From Mustelus asterias (taxonomy: Eukaryota), in the NCBI RefSeq assembly GCF_964213995.1, contig NC_135818.1, forward strand, positions 71,424,001-71,488,000: a stretch of 64,000 nucleotides of DNA. Reading direction: 5' to 3'. A model generated the notes under the pieces. That model did no database searches and was not told the origin of the DNA. It saw nothing but the letters and a program-made list of their open reading frames with translations. Position 1 is the first letter of the stretch. Each line of letters begins with the position of its first letter. Made by a program: the position numbers and the translations under genes. Below, piece after piece: positions 25,368-38,008 of the stretch.

Positions 25368-25723
25368 GTGTCATTAGTCAAACTAATTGTTCAGCACGCA
25401 AGTCTCATCCCACAGCATCATTCCAAGGCTCAGAATTGATTAAAAATGGATTGCTTTTGAACCATTAATACAGCTAATTTCAAAATAAATGCGTGTAAAA
25501 CAGCTTGATACTGGCAAAGGTAATATTGGATTTGTTGTTTTGTTTGCCAATCAAGGTTTTCGTCCAGATGCTGGAGGGTAAATTTCTAGTTTGGCAGGTG
25601 TAACGTAAAGAATCTAATGGTTATGGAATAGCCAAAGCAGATGCTAATTCCCCTAAACATCTTTCTCCCTTATTGAACCTTACATTTTCACTGTCCTTTG
25701 TGTTGGATCTCTTCAGTGCTCAC

Positions 25724-25821
25724 CCTGTAAAGCACCTGCATGATTTAGCTTCCGACCTGGTTGGCATGTAAAGAGAGCAAGCTAAGTCTCGAAGATAGAC
25801 TGAGGGCGGCGCATTGAATTC
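25724..25821 (-). other. Candidate spliced exon (98 nt) of an unidentified minus-strand transcript
   Basis: Acceptor tttcttccag, donor GG/gtgag, unique CpG-containing sequence, one open frame. Confidence 0.3.
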
Positions 25822-27070
25822 CTGGAAGAAATAGTCGTACATAACCAGCGGGAGACAATCGCAGTGACTGCATGGATAGAACCAGGTTAAAAGATTAGTT
25901 AGGGTAAGACTAACCTTCACCAGTGAGATTTTATTTTGAGGATATTATCAATGCGTCTGTGCCCAGAAATTTAAGTGAACTTTTTCAAATATGACTTCAT
26001 TTTCACTGCAAAAGGGAGACTTGCCAAAAAAAAACTCTTCATAATTGGCTACAAATGACAACAGTTAAACAAAATAGTAAACCCTAATTATAATTCCAAT
26101 AAAACAGGATGTTGCAGCTTCTGTTTTACTCTGCATTTGATCACTCGCACATTTTCATGCAAAAGCCAATTCTCAAATGTAGCCAGAAATATTAATTACC
26201 ACTCTTAATCCTATTAGTGGCAATTAATCTGATGCAAATCTAGTTCTCCTTATTAACCGAACGTGTGAGCTAATTAAGAGTATTTTAGCTTGTTTGAGCA
26301 ATCTAAAAATTGCTGTCGATGATTGTGCTGAATAAACTTTTAGCACATTTGTGTGATATGTTGCAGTCCACTCTTTTAAAGCAAAGGGGTTTTTGTTGAT
26401 GGTGGCTATGGATGGTTGGGTGGGGGGTGGCGTTGATGCAGAATTTGGTGTGGGGAGGCGGGTAGTTTACGCAGTTAATTGACACAGAATACTTGGGTAT
26501 GAAGCACTGAGGGCTGAACTTAATTTGTGTCAGAGACCATTTGTGTTGGTCTGCTATTGTAGTGGCATCTGCGGGTGTAGGATGGGTGTCTTCCATATTG
26601 CATTAGCTTGACTCTCATCATGGAACCACAGAATGATGGACAAGATGGCTATTTGGGCCATTGTTCCCATATTAGCTCTTTGAAGGAGCCAATCCCATTC
26701 CCTTGCCCTTTCCTTGTAGCCCTGCATCCTGCATATTTTTCCCTTCAAAGGAGACAGATTGCGCTGTGTAGATGTTGAAGGGGAGAAGGACACTCAGCGA
26801 ATGCCATGTTACTCAAGAGAGTTTAGAAAGTAATTCTGTCATTTCTTCATCGGTGATGTAAAGAACCCCGTTAATGTTAAATAGCTGCCAGTGTGCGAGA
26901 GCACACTGAGTTGTGGATACGAGGCTTGCAGCATTGGGTACCTGTGTGAAAATGCGGTAAGGAATATAAATCCAAGAGTTAAGTACCAATTGGTAAAGAT
27001 TGTTGGAACATGGGTGATGGGGGTGCAGTGAATTGAGTGATGGATGCGGCTAGCAGTACAGTTATTACAG

Positions 27071-27383
27071 GGTGGCACGGTGGCACAGTGGTTAGCACTG
27101 CTGCCTCACAGCACCAGGTACCTGGGTTTGATTCCCAGTTTGGGTCACTGTGTGTCCAGAGTCTGCGCGTTCTCCCCTTTCTGCGTGGGTTTCCTCTGAG
27201 TGCTCCGGTTTCCTCCCAAAGTCCGAAGACGTGCTGGTTAGGTGTTAACCTCTCTCTCAGTGTACCCAAACAGGCGCAGGAGTGGGGCGACCAGGGGATT
27301 TTCACAGTAGCTTTATTGCAGTGTTAAGGTAAGCCTACTTGTGACACTAATAAACAAACTTAAAACTTTAAACTTTAAAACTT
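27071..27383 (+). mobile_element. V-SINE with alternative tail (type B)
   Basis: HE1 head and V-domain, then TTCACAGTA..GCAGTGTTAA..GCCTACTTGTGACACTAATAAA(AAACTTT)n. Confidence 0.88.
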
Positions 27384-27886
27384 TTAGTTGGTAGGATATT
27401 CTATTGGAAGATGCTCTCTCTCAGCTTGACAAGTCATGTCAGATCATTAAACTTTTTCCTGCACTGCATGTATGTTCTTGGAGCAAGACATCTGGCCTTG
27501 ACCCCAACCTCAACTTGCTCCCCATTGCCTCCTGTGCAAATGGCTGGAAGGCTCTGAAGAAGTCATACAGACATGAAACGTTTACTCTGTTTCTCTCTCC
27601 ATGATGCTGCCAGACATGCTGAGTTTGTCCAATGCATGATGTGAGAAGGGGACCATTCCGTTGAAGAATAAATTAAACATTTCAAGTGCCATAAATCAAT
27701 CTGTTTTTATTTTTCAAGGATGGTAGCATACATCCCATGAATTATGCGGGTTCTGCATAATAATACAATGGATTCAGCCCTCATGTTATTGAGAAGTTAT
27801 AAATGTTTCCCTGCATTTTTCTGTGATGGTGACTGTCGCCTGACTGTGGCAATGATTTGTTGCTGTGGGGATTCTCTTTCACCTTA

Positions 27887-28780
27887 AAAACAGAAAATGC
27901 TCCTGATATTCAGCAGGTCAGGCAGCATCTGCAGAAGTATAGAAAGAGTTAATGGGCTGGATAATACATTGAGCATGCCCCCCTACCCCGACACTTCAGC
28001 ATATATATCAGGGCTGAACTCATCTCAGATTGGTGGGTCCACCCCACGTTACCCTTTTGGCCCACGCTCTTCAATTGCTATGAGGTAAGACTATTGCCCC
28101 TCTTTCGGAGGAAGTCCCAACTCATCGAGTTGCCAGACAATCTCTGCTGTTCTGGCAGTGCCGCTGGGCGCGGTGGACACTGCCGGTACTGCAGCTATGT
28201 CAAGCAGATGGCCCAGTAAGAAGTCTCTCAACACCAGGTTAAAGTCCAACAGGTTTATTTGGTAGCAAATACCATAAGCTTTCGGAGCGATGCTCCTTCA
28301 GGTAAGTCTGGGATCTCGTCAGAGCCGGACTGGCAGGCCTCAGTGAGGGCGGTGAGAAGGCTGGGGAGCATGTTGAACAGGGGGAAGATGCTGTTGGTGG
28401 ATGCAGGGAGGGACAACTGACTGTAATGGCTTCAATTGGGCCACAGACAGACAGCCCACACGACCCCTTCCCTGTCACTCCTAAAATCTTGCTGGGGAGG
28501 GGACAACATGGCTGGCACGGGGCAGCACACTGGCCCATCTGCACCCATCAATTGCACAGTGCCATATTTTCTGGGTGCTTCAGCTTGCAGTTTTCCCATC
28601 TGTGGGTGACCCGTAAAATCCAGCCCAATGTCTCAGGTCAGTGGCCTTTCATTGGAACTCATGAAAGTTCATCAGTTCTGTTGAAAGGTCTCTCTCTCCA
28701 CAGAGGCTGCCTGACCTGCTGAGTATTTCTAACATTCTCAGCTTTTACTACAGATTTCCAGCATCTGCTGTATTTTGCAT
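27887..28780. mobile_element. Second-family PLE palindrome split by a Harbinger-like element (27954-28626, TSD AAT)
   Basis: Arms at 27887-27953 and 28627-28780; insert termini GGGCTGGAT / ATCCAGCCC. Confidence 0.6.
28214..28308 (-). mobile_element. Penelope-like terminal repeat fragment, same family
   Basis: Same arm sequence; hammerhead core with TGA deleted. Confidence 0.65.
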
Positions 28781-29357
28781 TTGATTTACTTGTTTTGTAT
28801 CAAAGAATATAATAATCAAATAATTTTACACCAATTAACAATCTAAAATATGCATCAACATTGCCTGCACACTGTTTGATGGTCACTTACTCTGCATGAA
28901 CCAAGAATGTTATATTTTTGTTTGGCTGCACAACCATCCCAGATCGATGGTGAACAAAGAAAAAGCAATGCCCAGAAGGATGTTTTGTTCCTCTGCAAAA
29001 TCTTACTGCCAAATTTTATTTAAAGAACGAGATGTACTTGAACCAGCAGGACCTTTTGTATCCGACTCTTTGCAAATACCACAACACAGTCATTCTGTTC
29101 TTGATGTATCACAGCTTGGAATGGCTCCTGCTGTGATCAAGACTGCAAGAAACTACAAAGGGTTGTGAACATAGCCCAGTCCATCAGGCAAAGCAGCCCC
29201 CCATCCATTGACTCCATTTACACTTCCCGCTGCCTCAGAAAAGCAGCCAGCATAATCAAGGACCCCACGCACCCCGGACACACTCTCTTCCACATTCTTC
29301 TGTCGGGAAAAAGTTACAAAAGTCTGAGGTCATGTACCAACCGACTCAAGAACAGGT

Positions 29358-29697
29358 GGGCGGCATGGTGGCACAGTGGTTAACACTGCTGCTTCACAGC
29401 TCCAGTGACCTGGGTTCGATTCCCGGCTTGGGTCACTGGCTGTATGGAGTTTGCACGTTCTCCTCGTGTCTGCGTGGGTTTCCTCCGGGTGCTCCGGTTT
29501 CCTCCCACAGTCCAAAGATGTGCGGGTTAGATTGATTTAGGCCATGCCAAAATTGCCCTTTGTGTCCTGAGATGCATGGATTAGTGGGTAAATATGTAGG
29601 GGTAGGGCCTAGGTGGAATTGTGGTCGGTGCAGACTCGATGGGCCGAATGGCCTCTTTCTGTACTGTAGGGTTTCTATGTTTCTATGATTTCTATGA
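29358..29697 (+). mobile_element. HE1-type V-SINE, CR1-type tail, inside a Rex1/Babar fragment
   Basis: Head, V-domain and tail motifs. Confidence 0.9.
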
Positions 29698-29975
29698 TGC
29701 TGTCTCACAACGTCAGGGACCCGGGTTCTATTCCCGGCTTGGGTCACTGTCTGTGTGGAGTCTGCATGTTCTTCCTGTGTATGCATGGGTTTCCTCTGGG
29801 TGCTCTGGTTCCGTCCCACAGTCCAAAAGGTGTGCTGGTTAGATGCAATGGCCATGCTAAATTCTCCCTCAGTGTACCTGAACAGGTGGCGGAGTGTGGC
29901 GACTAAGGAATTTTCACAGTAACTTCATTGTAGTGTTAATATAAGCCTACTTGTGACACTGAATAAACTTTACTT
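29698..29975 (+). mobile_element. V-SINE type B tail, directly abutting the preceding SINE
   Basis: Head remainder, V-domain, type B tail. Confidence 0.85.
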
Positions 29976-30783
29976 TTCTTCCCTGCTGCCATCAGACTTT
30001 TGAATGGGCCTACCTTATATGAAGTTGATCTTTCTCTGCAACCCTAGCTGTGACTGCAACATTTTGGGAGGGACTTTCTGGCCGCGCTCACCCTGAAACT
30101 GGAAAATCTAACCCGAGGTCAACAGACTTTTCCATGGTCCGCCCCTCGCCCGCTCCGATTCCCGTGGTGGGCGGAACGGGATAATTCGCTTCTATATTTT
30201 GCACCCTCTCCTTTCCTTCTCCCCTATGTACTCTATGAACTGTATGCTTTGTCTGTATAGCATGCAAGAAACAATACTTTTCACTGTATCCCAACACATG
30301 TGACAATAATAAATCCAAACAACTCAACTTTAGTGTTGAATCCATTTTACTATTCATTCTGACTGCCCATCAATTGGTCTGGATGTCATGTTGAGGGAGA
30401 GGTTCATGACTTCTCAGTTGAGCTTCAGGTGGGGCAAACCTTATAGAAGGACTGTTCAAAGGGAGCCAAGTGGATTGTTCTACTGTCAGCAGATGCGATT
30501 AAAGGCGGTTGTGGGAGAATCTGTGGGGATATAAATTTACACAAAGGAATGATCTACAAAAGCAACCCATTATGTAATCATAAATATGGGCCCGAATCTC
30601 CCTTCAAGGTCAGAGCACCGATTTCCAACTCTGGTTAGACAAGAAAATACACACTCAGCTTCCTCGGACTTTTCAGGGCAATCTTCCAATTTGGAGGATC
30701 CTTCATAAACTCAGTCAGCACAAGAAACCTTGCCCCCTTTTTACAGCATTAGCAGCTGCATTCTGGTGAACAAGTGTTTAAAT

Positions 30784-30995
30784 GTCATAGAGTCATCGAG
30801 GCTTACAGCATGGAAACATGCCCTTCGGCCCAACTTGTCCATGCCGCCCTTTTTTTGTAAACGCCTAAGCTAATCCCAATTGCCCGCATTTGGCCCATAT
30901 CCCTCGAAACCCATTTTACCCATGTAACTATCTAAATGCTTTTTAAAAGACAAAATTGCACCCGCCTCTATTACTACCTCTGGCAGCTTGTTCCA
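30784..30995 (-). mobile_element. CR1 3' end
   Basis: WNKLPEV..EAG; (CTCTATGA) tail. Confidence 0.8.
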
Positions 30996-31029
30996 ATGCC
31001 CCAAAGCTTTTTTGAAAATCTCAGGAGTG

Positions 31030-31557
31030 ATTTGATTTGATTTGATTTATTATTGTCACCATGTCCAGTGAAAAGTATTGTTGCTTGTGCGCTATATGAA
31101 CATAAGAACATAAGCACTAGGAGCAGGAGTAGGCCATCTGGCCCCTCAAGCCTGCTCCGCCATTCAATAAGATCATGGCTGATCTTTTTGTGGACTCAGC
31201 TCCACTTACCCGCCCGCTCAGGTCTGGCTATACAGACAAAGCATACCATTCATAGAGAAGGAAATGAGAGAATGCAAAATGTAGTGTTACAGTCATAGCC
31301 ATAGTGTAGAGAAAGATCAACTTAATGCAAGGTAGGTCCATTCAAAAGTCTGACGGCAGCAGGGAAGAAGCTGTTCTTGAGTTGGTTGGTACGTGACCTT
31401 AGACTTTTGTATGTTTTTCCCGACAGAAGGAGGTGGAAGAGAGAATGTCCAGGGTGCGTGGGGTCCTTAATTATGTTGGCTGCTTTGCCGAGACAGTGGG
31501 AAGTGTAGACAGAGTCAATGGATGGGAAGCTGGTTTGCGTGATGGATTGGGCTACAT
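31030..31557 (-). mobile_element. Rex1/Babar-like 3' fragment containing a CR1 tail (31097-31222)
   Basis: Same motifs; (ATTTG)n tail. Confidence 0.82.
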
Positions 31558-31754
31558 GTGTAAAGGGGTAAGGTGGGAAAAGAGCTAAGATGGGAAAGGT
31601 AAGTGAATAAAGGGGAAGGCTCGGTAAGAGGGTAATGTGGGGAAGGGGGGGTGAGGTGAATGCATTGGGGTAGGGTGGTAGGTGGGTAGGATGCTGTAGC
31701 CGGGTCAGGTCAGAATGGGGAGAGTTGAAGCATCAGGGTTTGGGGGTTTAAATG

Positions 31755-32046
31755 TTTAAAGTGAAAGTTTATTTATTACGTTAACACTGCAATGACGTTA
31801 CTGTGAAAATCCCCTGGTCGCCACACTCCGGCTCCTGATCGGGTACAGTGAGGGAGAATTTAGCATGGCCAACGCACCTAACCAGCACGTCTTTTGGACT
31901 GTGGGAGGAAACCGGAGCAGCCGGAGGAAACCCACGCAGACAAGTGGAGAATGTGCAAACTCCGCATAGACAGTGACCCAAGCCGGGGGTCGACCCTGGG
32001 TCCCTGGAACAGTGAGGCAGCAGTGCTAATTACTGTGCCACCGTGT
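31755..32046 (-). mobile_element. V-SINE type B tail
   Basis: Head, V-domain, type B tail. Confidence 0.85.
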
Positions 32047-32959
32047 AGTCAGGTGGTAGTTGCACGACAGGTTAGGTGAGAGGTTGATGGGCAGAATCAG
32101 AGGGTTGAAGGCTCATCAGGTGAATTTGGGAGAAGTTAGGGGTCAGGGTTTCTGGCTATATGAAGACCAGAGGACCTGAGCCCAGATGTTAAACTGCCCC
32201 CTTTATACTCACTCATACCAATGTAATTTAGTGCAAACCTTTATAATCAGAGTAACATACAGCAGCTATAACCGACATGATAAAACTCAGAGGATTTATT
32301 TAAGTTGTTAAATTATCATAAATCTATACAGGCCTATTCTGAACTAGTATGAATGCTGATCAAAGTTTCAGCCTTCCCTATCAAATAAGAGAAGGGACAT
32401 TGTTAACCTTATCCCAGGTGACTTCATTTATTATGCAATTGTGGTTAGAAATTCGCAATCAGCTGCCTTTCGGAACAGCCTGGCTTCCGCTGAAGCCAGC
32501 ACATTTTAACAATTTCTCCTGAAGTAGATCTCTCATGGACAATGGGCCTGATTTTAAAGGAAGGTGCTACTTGCTCACGACTTGCCGGTGAATTTAGTGA
32601 AATTACTTTCTCGAGATGATTTCTAAAGGCGCACAAGTGTAAGCTTTATTTATATGCTAATTCAGAAACAATAGTCCCAAATGTAATGTGATCTCACGAT
32701 TATATTGTTCTGAGCACCACCGGGGAATGTTTTTAAAAATTGGAATGTGAATATCTCAGTAACCTTAGGAATTGCAAACCAAGATGATGCAAACAATATG
32801 ACTATGATCTGGTCATTAGAACAATGGCAGAGCCAACTCCTGTTTCCATCATTCATTAATTGCTATTCCAGGTTAATAAAGTCAGAAAAGAATTTTTATT
32901 TTAGAGTCCACTACAATTATAAAGCTACCACTAAGTCAGTATGCTGCAATGAATGTATA

Positions 32960-33698
32960 CAAAGAACAAAGAACAAAGAACAGTACAGCACAGGAAACAG
33001 GCCCTTCGGCCCTCCAAGCCTGTGCCGCTCCTTGGTCCAACTAGACCAATCGTTTGTATCCCTCCATTCCCAGGCTGCTCATGTGACTATCCAGGTAAGT
33101 CTTAAACGATGTCAGCGTGCCTGCCTCCACCACCCTACTTGGCAGCGCATTCCAGGCCCCCACCACCCTCTGTGTAAAAAACATCCCTCTGATATCTGAG
33201 TTATACTTCGCCCCTCTCACCTTGAGCCCGTGACCCCTCGTGATCGTCACCTCCGACCTGGGAAAAAGCTTCCCACCGTTCACCCTATCTATACCCTTCA
33301 TAATCTTGTACACCTCTATTAGATCTCCCCTCATTCTCCGTCTTTCCAGGGAGAACAACCCCAGTTTACCCAAGTTCTCCTCATAGCTAAGACCCTCCAT
33401 ACCAGGCAACATCCTGGTAAACCTTCTCTGCACTCTCTCTAACGCCTCCACGTCCTTCTGGTAGTGCGGCGACCAGAACTGGACGCAGTACTCCAAATGT
33501 GGCCTAACCAGCGTTCTATACAGCTGCATCATCAGACTCCAGCTTTTATACTCTATACCCCATCCTATAAAGGCAAGCATACCATATGCCTTCTTCACCC
33601 ACCTTCTCCACCTGTGTTGCCACCTTCAAGGATTTGTGGACTTGCACACCTAGGTCCCTCTGTGTTTCTATACTCCTGATGACTCTGCCATTTATTGT
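32960..33698 (-). mobile_element. 5'-truncated CR1 (ORF2 C-terminus, ORF 33041-33598)
   Basis: LYRTLVRPHLEYCVQFWSP, LERVQRRFTRM, TRGH; (TTCTTTG)n tail. Confidence 0.92.
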
Positions 33699-33792
33699 AT
33701 ATACATTACCACAGCGCTCAGAGTCCACACAGTTCTCAGTACATACCTTCAATTGCTCATTGATCCTGAGCAAGCACTGTGTAGAAATAATC

Positions 33793-33998
33793 TGGAGTTG
33801 CCGGCGTTGGACTGGGGTAGGCACAGTAAGTGGTCTCACAACACCAGGTTAAAGTCCAACAGGTTTATTTGGTAGCACAAGCTTTTGGAGTGCCGCTCCT
33901 TCATCAGGTGAGTGCTACTCTGAGTGGCGCTCTGAAAGCTCGTGCTACCAAATAAACCTGTTGGACTTTAACCTGGTATTGTGAGACTACTTACTGTG
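33793..33998. mobile_element. Penelope-like palindromic terminal repeat, same family as 42515 and 61251
   Basis: CACAACACCAGGTTAAAGTCCAACAGGTTTATTTGG arm plus its inverted copy; CTTCATCAGGTG = minus-strand hammerhead core. Confidence 0.75.
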
Positions 33999-34102
33999 TA
34001 TAAATGGATTTCTGTTTCCACAAAGATTTTACCAATGCTCCGACTGAAGGTTCTAGTCTTGACCTGAAGTACTCAGCTGAAAGTGCTGTGCCCAAATTGG
34101 AG

Positions 34103-34458
34103 AGAAGAGATGGCCTTGTGGTATTATCACTAAACTATCAATCCAGAAACTCTGCTAATGTTCTGGGGATTTGGGTTCGAATCACTGCCATGGCAGATGG
34201 TGGAATTTGAATTCAATAAAAAAAAAATCTGGAATTAAGAGTCTCCTGATTCCATTGTCGATTGCTGGAAAAACCCATCTGGTTCATTGATGTCCTTTCG
34301 GGAAGGAAATCTGCCATCTTTACCTGGTCTGGTCTATATATGACTCCATAGCCACAGTAACATTGTTGACTCTCAACTGCCCTCTGAACAAGGGCAAGCT
34401 AAGGATGGGCAATAAATGCTGGTCCAGCCAGCATGTCCCATGAATGAATATTTTAAAA
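34103..34458 (+). mobile_element. Second tRNA-derived SINE family, full length
   Basis: TGGCCTTGTGGTA A-box, GGTTCGAATC B-box, same body and tail. Confidence 0.8.
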
Positions 34459-34715
34459 GTGCAGAGTAGGCTGTATTGGGTTGCTCTGTTTGCTCCACCT
34501 CATTCTTTCTTTCTGTTCAATGCGTGAGGAGCATTTCACTTACTGTCATCCAAATGGCGATTTAAAGCCTTTCAATCCTAAAAATGATAAAATGCACTGA
34601 GTTCCTGTAGCACCAGCTGCAGTTAAACTTTGCAGTGTCGACCATGGGTCAGCATAGCACATTCACTCTGAAGGTTGGTGGCTCAAGTCCCACTCCAAGA
34701 CAGGAGCACAAGAAT

Positions 34716-35785
34716 GTCTGCGTGGGTTTCCTCCAGGTGCTCCGGTTTCCTCCCAAACTCTGAATATACACATAGGTGCATTGGCCATGCAAAATTCTCC
34801 CTCAGTGTACCCGAACAGGTGCCAGACTGTGGCAACTAGGGGATTTTCACAATAACTTCATTGCAGTGCTATTGTAAATGTGATAGTAGTGTACATTTAA
34901 GAAATGTTTTTTTTAATCATGTTCTCTGCAGCTCTCACAGCCTCAGCTTATATCATTGTTGCCGTGTTGCCTGTAGGAGTCCTTTTATTGCTCCTTCAAT
35001 GGTTTCAATGGGATTTGTTTATTTTTGCTCTGGGATCTTTTATGACCCTGGCATCTGTTGGGAGGAAGGCTAGTTGGCAGGTCATGTGATAGTTTTTGTC
35101 CTTCCTAGGGAATTTAAGGTTTCATTTTCTGTTTTGACTGGCAGCAGTTTAGTTTTAGAAGGGACATCAAACTGAAAATAAGTTTTTCTCTCTCTCCCTG
35201 GTTTTGGGAATTCTGCTGGTTAGCTGAAAGCAAGGCTACTTGCCTTCCTGGAGCAGAAAATCTGTTGTTGGTGGCCTGACCAGAGTACCTCCCTGGTGTT
35301 CTGGGAAGCTGTTCTGACTTCAAACTGTTCTGGGTATCCAGTGGACTGCTAGCAGTTACAAGACTGAGAAGTCAGAGTTTCAATTCTCCAACCAAGGGAC
35401 TCAGTTCCAGTATCACGTGAGCATTCGTCTTTGTGGTGTTAAAGCTGTGGAAAGGGTTTTGGCTGTGGGAAGTTTAGTTTAATTGGAACATTTTAGGTAT
35501 ATTTGTTAAGGGTTATACATTATCATGGTTGTTTTATTTTTGTTTGTGATTAATAAAAGTTATTGTTAATTTTCTTTCTATACATGTTAACTATATACTT
35601 AAATAAACTTTGTTTGATAAAAGCCCCCTAGTGGGTCATTTGAATCATACCTGAAGTGAAACATGACATGCTCACCCTGGCCAAATTCAAACTGCAAAAC
35701 TTGCGATCCAGGTGGAATTCGTAAAACACTTTGGAGTTTTGGACCTGAATTACAACATAAGCCTACTTGTGACGCTAATAAATAA
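34716..35785 (+). mobile_element. Truncated V-SINE type B, split by the solo LTR
   Basis: 34716-34878 joins 35758-35785 (TAAGCCTACTTGTGACGCTAATAAA). Confidence 0.8.
34879..35757 (+). mobile_element. Solo LTR (Gypsy-like), 879 bp
   Basis: TGTGAT...ACAACA termini, 4-bp TSD TAAA/TAAG, internal AATAAA; splits the tail of a V-SINE. Confidence 0.8.
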
Positions 35786-35789
35786 AAAA

Positions 35790-35980
35790 TATATTTATCT
35801 CTCAATCAACATCATAAAAACAGGTTATCTGATCATCGTCACATTTCCATTTGTGGGAGCTTGCTGTGAACAAATTGTCTGCCACATTTCCTACATGACA
35901 ACAGTGACTACACTTCAGAATTATTGCATTCGGAATGCCTTGTGTTCAAGAATGGCGCAATGGAAATGTAAGTCTTTATT
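35790..35980 (+). mobile_element. Deu-domain SINE (SacSINE1-like) 3' part; head probably at about 34640-34715
   Basis: TGTGGGAGCTTGCTGTG..CAAATTG..CTGCC..TTTCCTACA..ACAACAGTGACTACACTTCA resembles the Deu-SINE core. Confidence 0.6.
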
Positions 35981-36668
35981 TCCTTGGCTGCCATTGTGAA
36001 CCAATGGCAAACTGACTGCTTGAGGTGGTCTAACGTAAAATACCCTGGCAGTCAGGTGACCTCATTCTCCCAGTGTTTGTGTTAATGACCAATGAATGCA
36101 TCCTCACAGCAGAGCAAGAGCTATATAGGGCAATGGAGACTAACAAACCTCGCCCCCTCTCACCCCAGGGTAACCAAATGGTGAGATTCCATGGGACCAC
36201 CTGAATATCCATATGTTTGAAAGGACTAAAAATAACTATCTTTTATCATCCCGATAAAAGAACAAATATCTGTTCAATTTCTGTCTCTTTTTGCACATGC
36301 ACATTAGTGCCAAACTGGTGGCTTGTTCCCACATAATGACCAATAAAGTACTATTCCAAAAAGCATATGTATGGCCCATTTAAACAATAAATGAAGACAT
36401 AGTACCTCCAATACAGTCAATTTATTTAATTACAGTTAATTTAAATATATTTGCATAATGTTGCAATTATATATAGTAGAAATAATTATTTCATGCAATA
36501 TGTTCCTAACTCTTTAACTGAAAATTAAGTGGGTGGTGAAATAGTTTGTTAAAAACTGCAAAGTAATGAAGTAATTAAGAACGAAAGCGGCTTGTTACAG
36601 TCATCAAAAAAACTCTCCAGGGATTGAGAGGTTTTCCACATATGAATATTGCACAATCTCCTCCATCT

Positions 36669-36984
36669 CATAGAATCCCTACCGTGCAGAAGGAGGCCAT
36701 TTTGTCCATTGATTCTGTACTGGCAACAATCCCACCCAGGCCCTATCCCTGTAACCCCATGTATTTATCCTGCTAATCACCCTGACACTAAGAGGCAATT
36801 TAGCATGGCCAATTAACCTAACCCACATATCTTTGGGCTGTAGGAGGAAACCAGAGCACCCAGACGAAACCCACGCAGACACGGGGAGAGCGTGTAAACT
36901 CCACACAGCCACCTGAGGCTGGAATTAAACCCGGGTCCCTGGCACTGTGAGGCAGCAAAGCTAACCATTGTGCCACCATACCCC
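36669..36984 (-). mobile_element. HE1-type V-SINE, CR1-type tail
   Basis: Head, V-domain and tail motifs. Confidence 0.88.
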
Positions 36985-37807
36985 CCCTATACAAAAATCT
37001 AAAAGAAACAAAAGGTTAGGAAATACAATTATGATGCACCTTTGAAATATATACAGCCTACACTGACATTGCAGTCATATCTGAACTAAGAACATTGGGT
37101 CATCCAATAATCGGGATTAAACCTAGCATATGGCACAATGGTCATTAAAAAGTGGGTGAATTGTCTGAGAATTTTAAATGAGCGCCATTCTTTTAAGAAG
37201 CGTTGATTGTATAATTATCATTGGTCCTTTTTCGTCCAAGAACTCTGTGGGGAAAGGATAAGTCTTAACTCTGACAAGGCTGGGATTGTGGTGGTCTTGG
37301 ATTGGTCACCCGTTATAGACCCTGCCCAATGTGGCTTTCCAGTCAAGGCAACAGGAAGAAATGCCAGGTAGGTGTATAGCAGTCTACGTGCCAACACTGC
37401 CTGTTTACACTTGTGCCAATGTTTACCGTTACCACCATGGATTCATATTGCCTATTTTTTTTCATTATTCTTGCCAGATGAATTATATGATTAAAATATA
37501 ACCATGTGATGTAAATTAAATGCCGGGATTGCCCTTGGTTGATTTCAGAAGTCCCAGCTGTTGCCAGAACTCTTTGAAGTTCTTTGAGTGACAGGAGCTG
37601 TCAATTTCACTGGGGAGATCCCCTTGTTTTCTCCCATAAGCGCAGCTGCTTTGAAACCTCTTAGGATTGCTTTGATTGACAGAAACATTCAATTTCACGA
37701 GAGATATACCCCTTTCTAGCTTGAATGAGTCCCAGCTCCTCTGAAAACTCACATTATCGTGAGCAGAAACTGAAATGGCATAGTGTACCGCTTCAATTTT
37801 TCCCCCT

Positions 37808-38008
37808 ATTGTTTCATGGGATGTGGGTGGCACCGGCTGGGTCAGCATTTCTTGCCCATTCCTAGTTGCCCTTGAACTGAGTGGCTTGTTCAGCCACTTT
37901 AGAGGGCAATTAAGAGTCAACCACATCGTCTGTGGGTCTGGAGTCACATGTAGGCCAGACCAGGTAAGGATGGCAGATTTCCTTCCTTAAAGGACATCAG
38001 TGATTCAG
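37808..38008 (-). mobile_element. Second SINE family, 3' fragment
   Basis: Reverse complement of body and tail; another fragment at about 19550-19670. Confidence 0.7.

Larger units (their letters stand above)
29093..30330 (+). mobile_element. Rex1/Babar-like 3' fragment split by two V-SINEs and a MITE
   Basis: 29093-29356 + 29976-30065 + 30190-30330 reconstitute the element. Confidence 0.8.
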
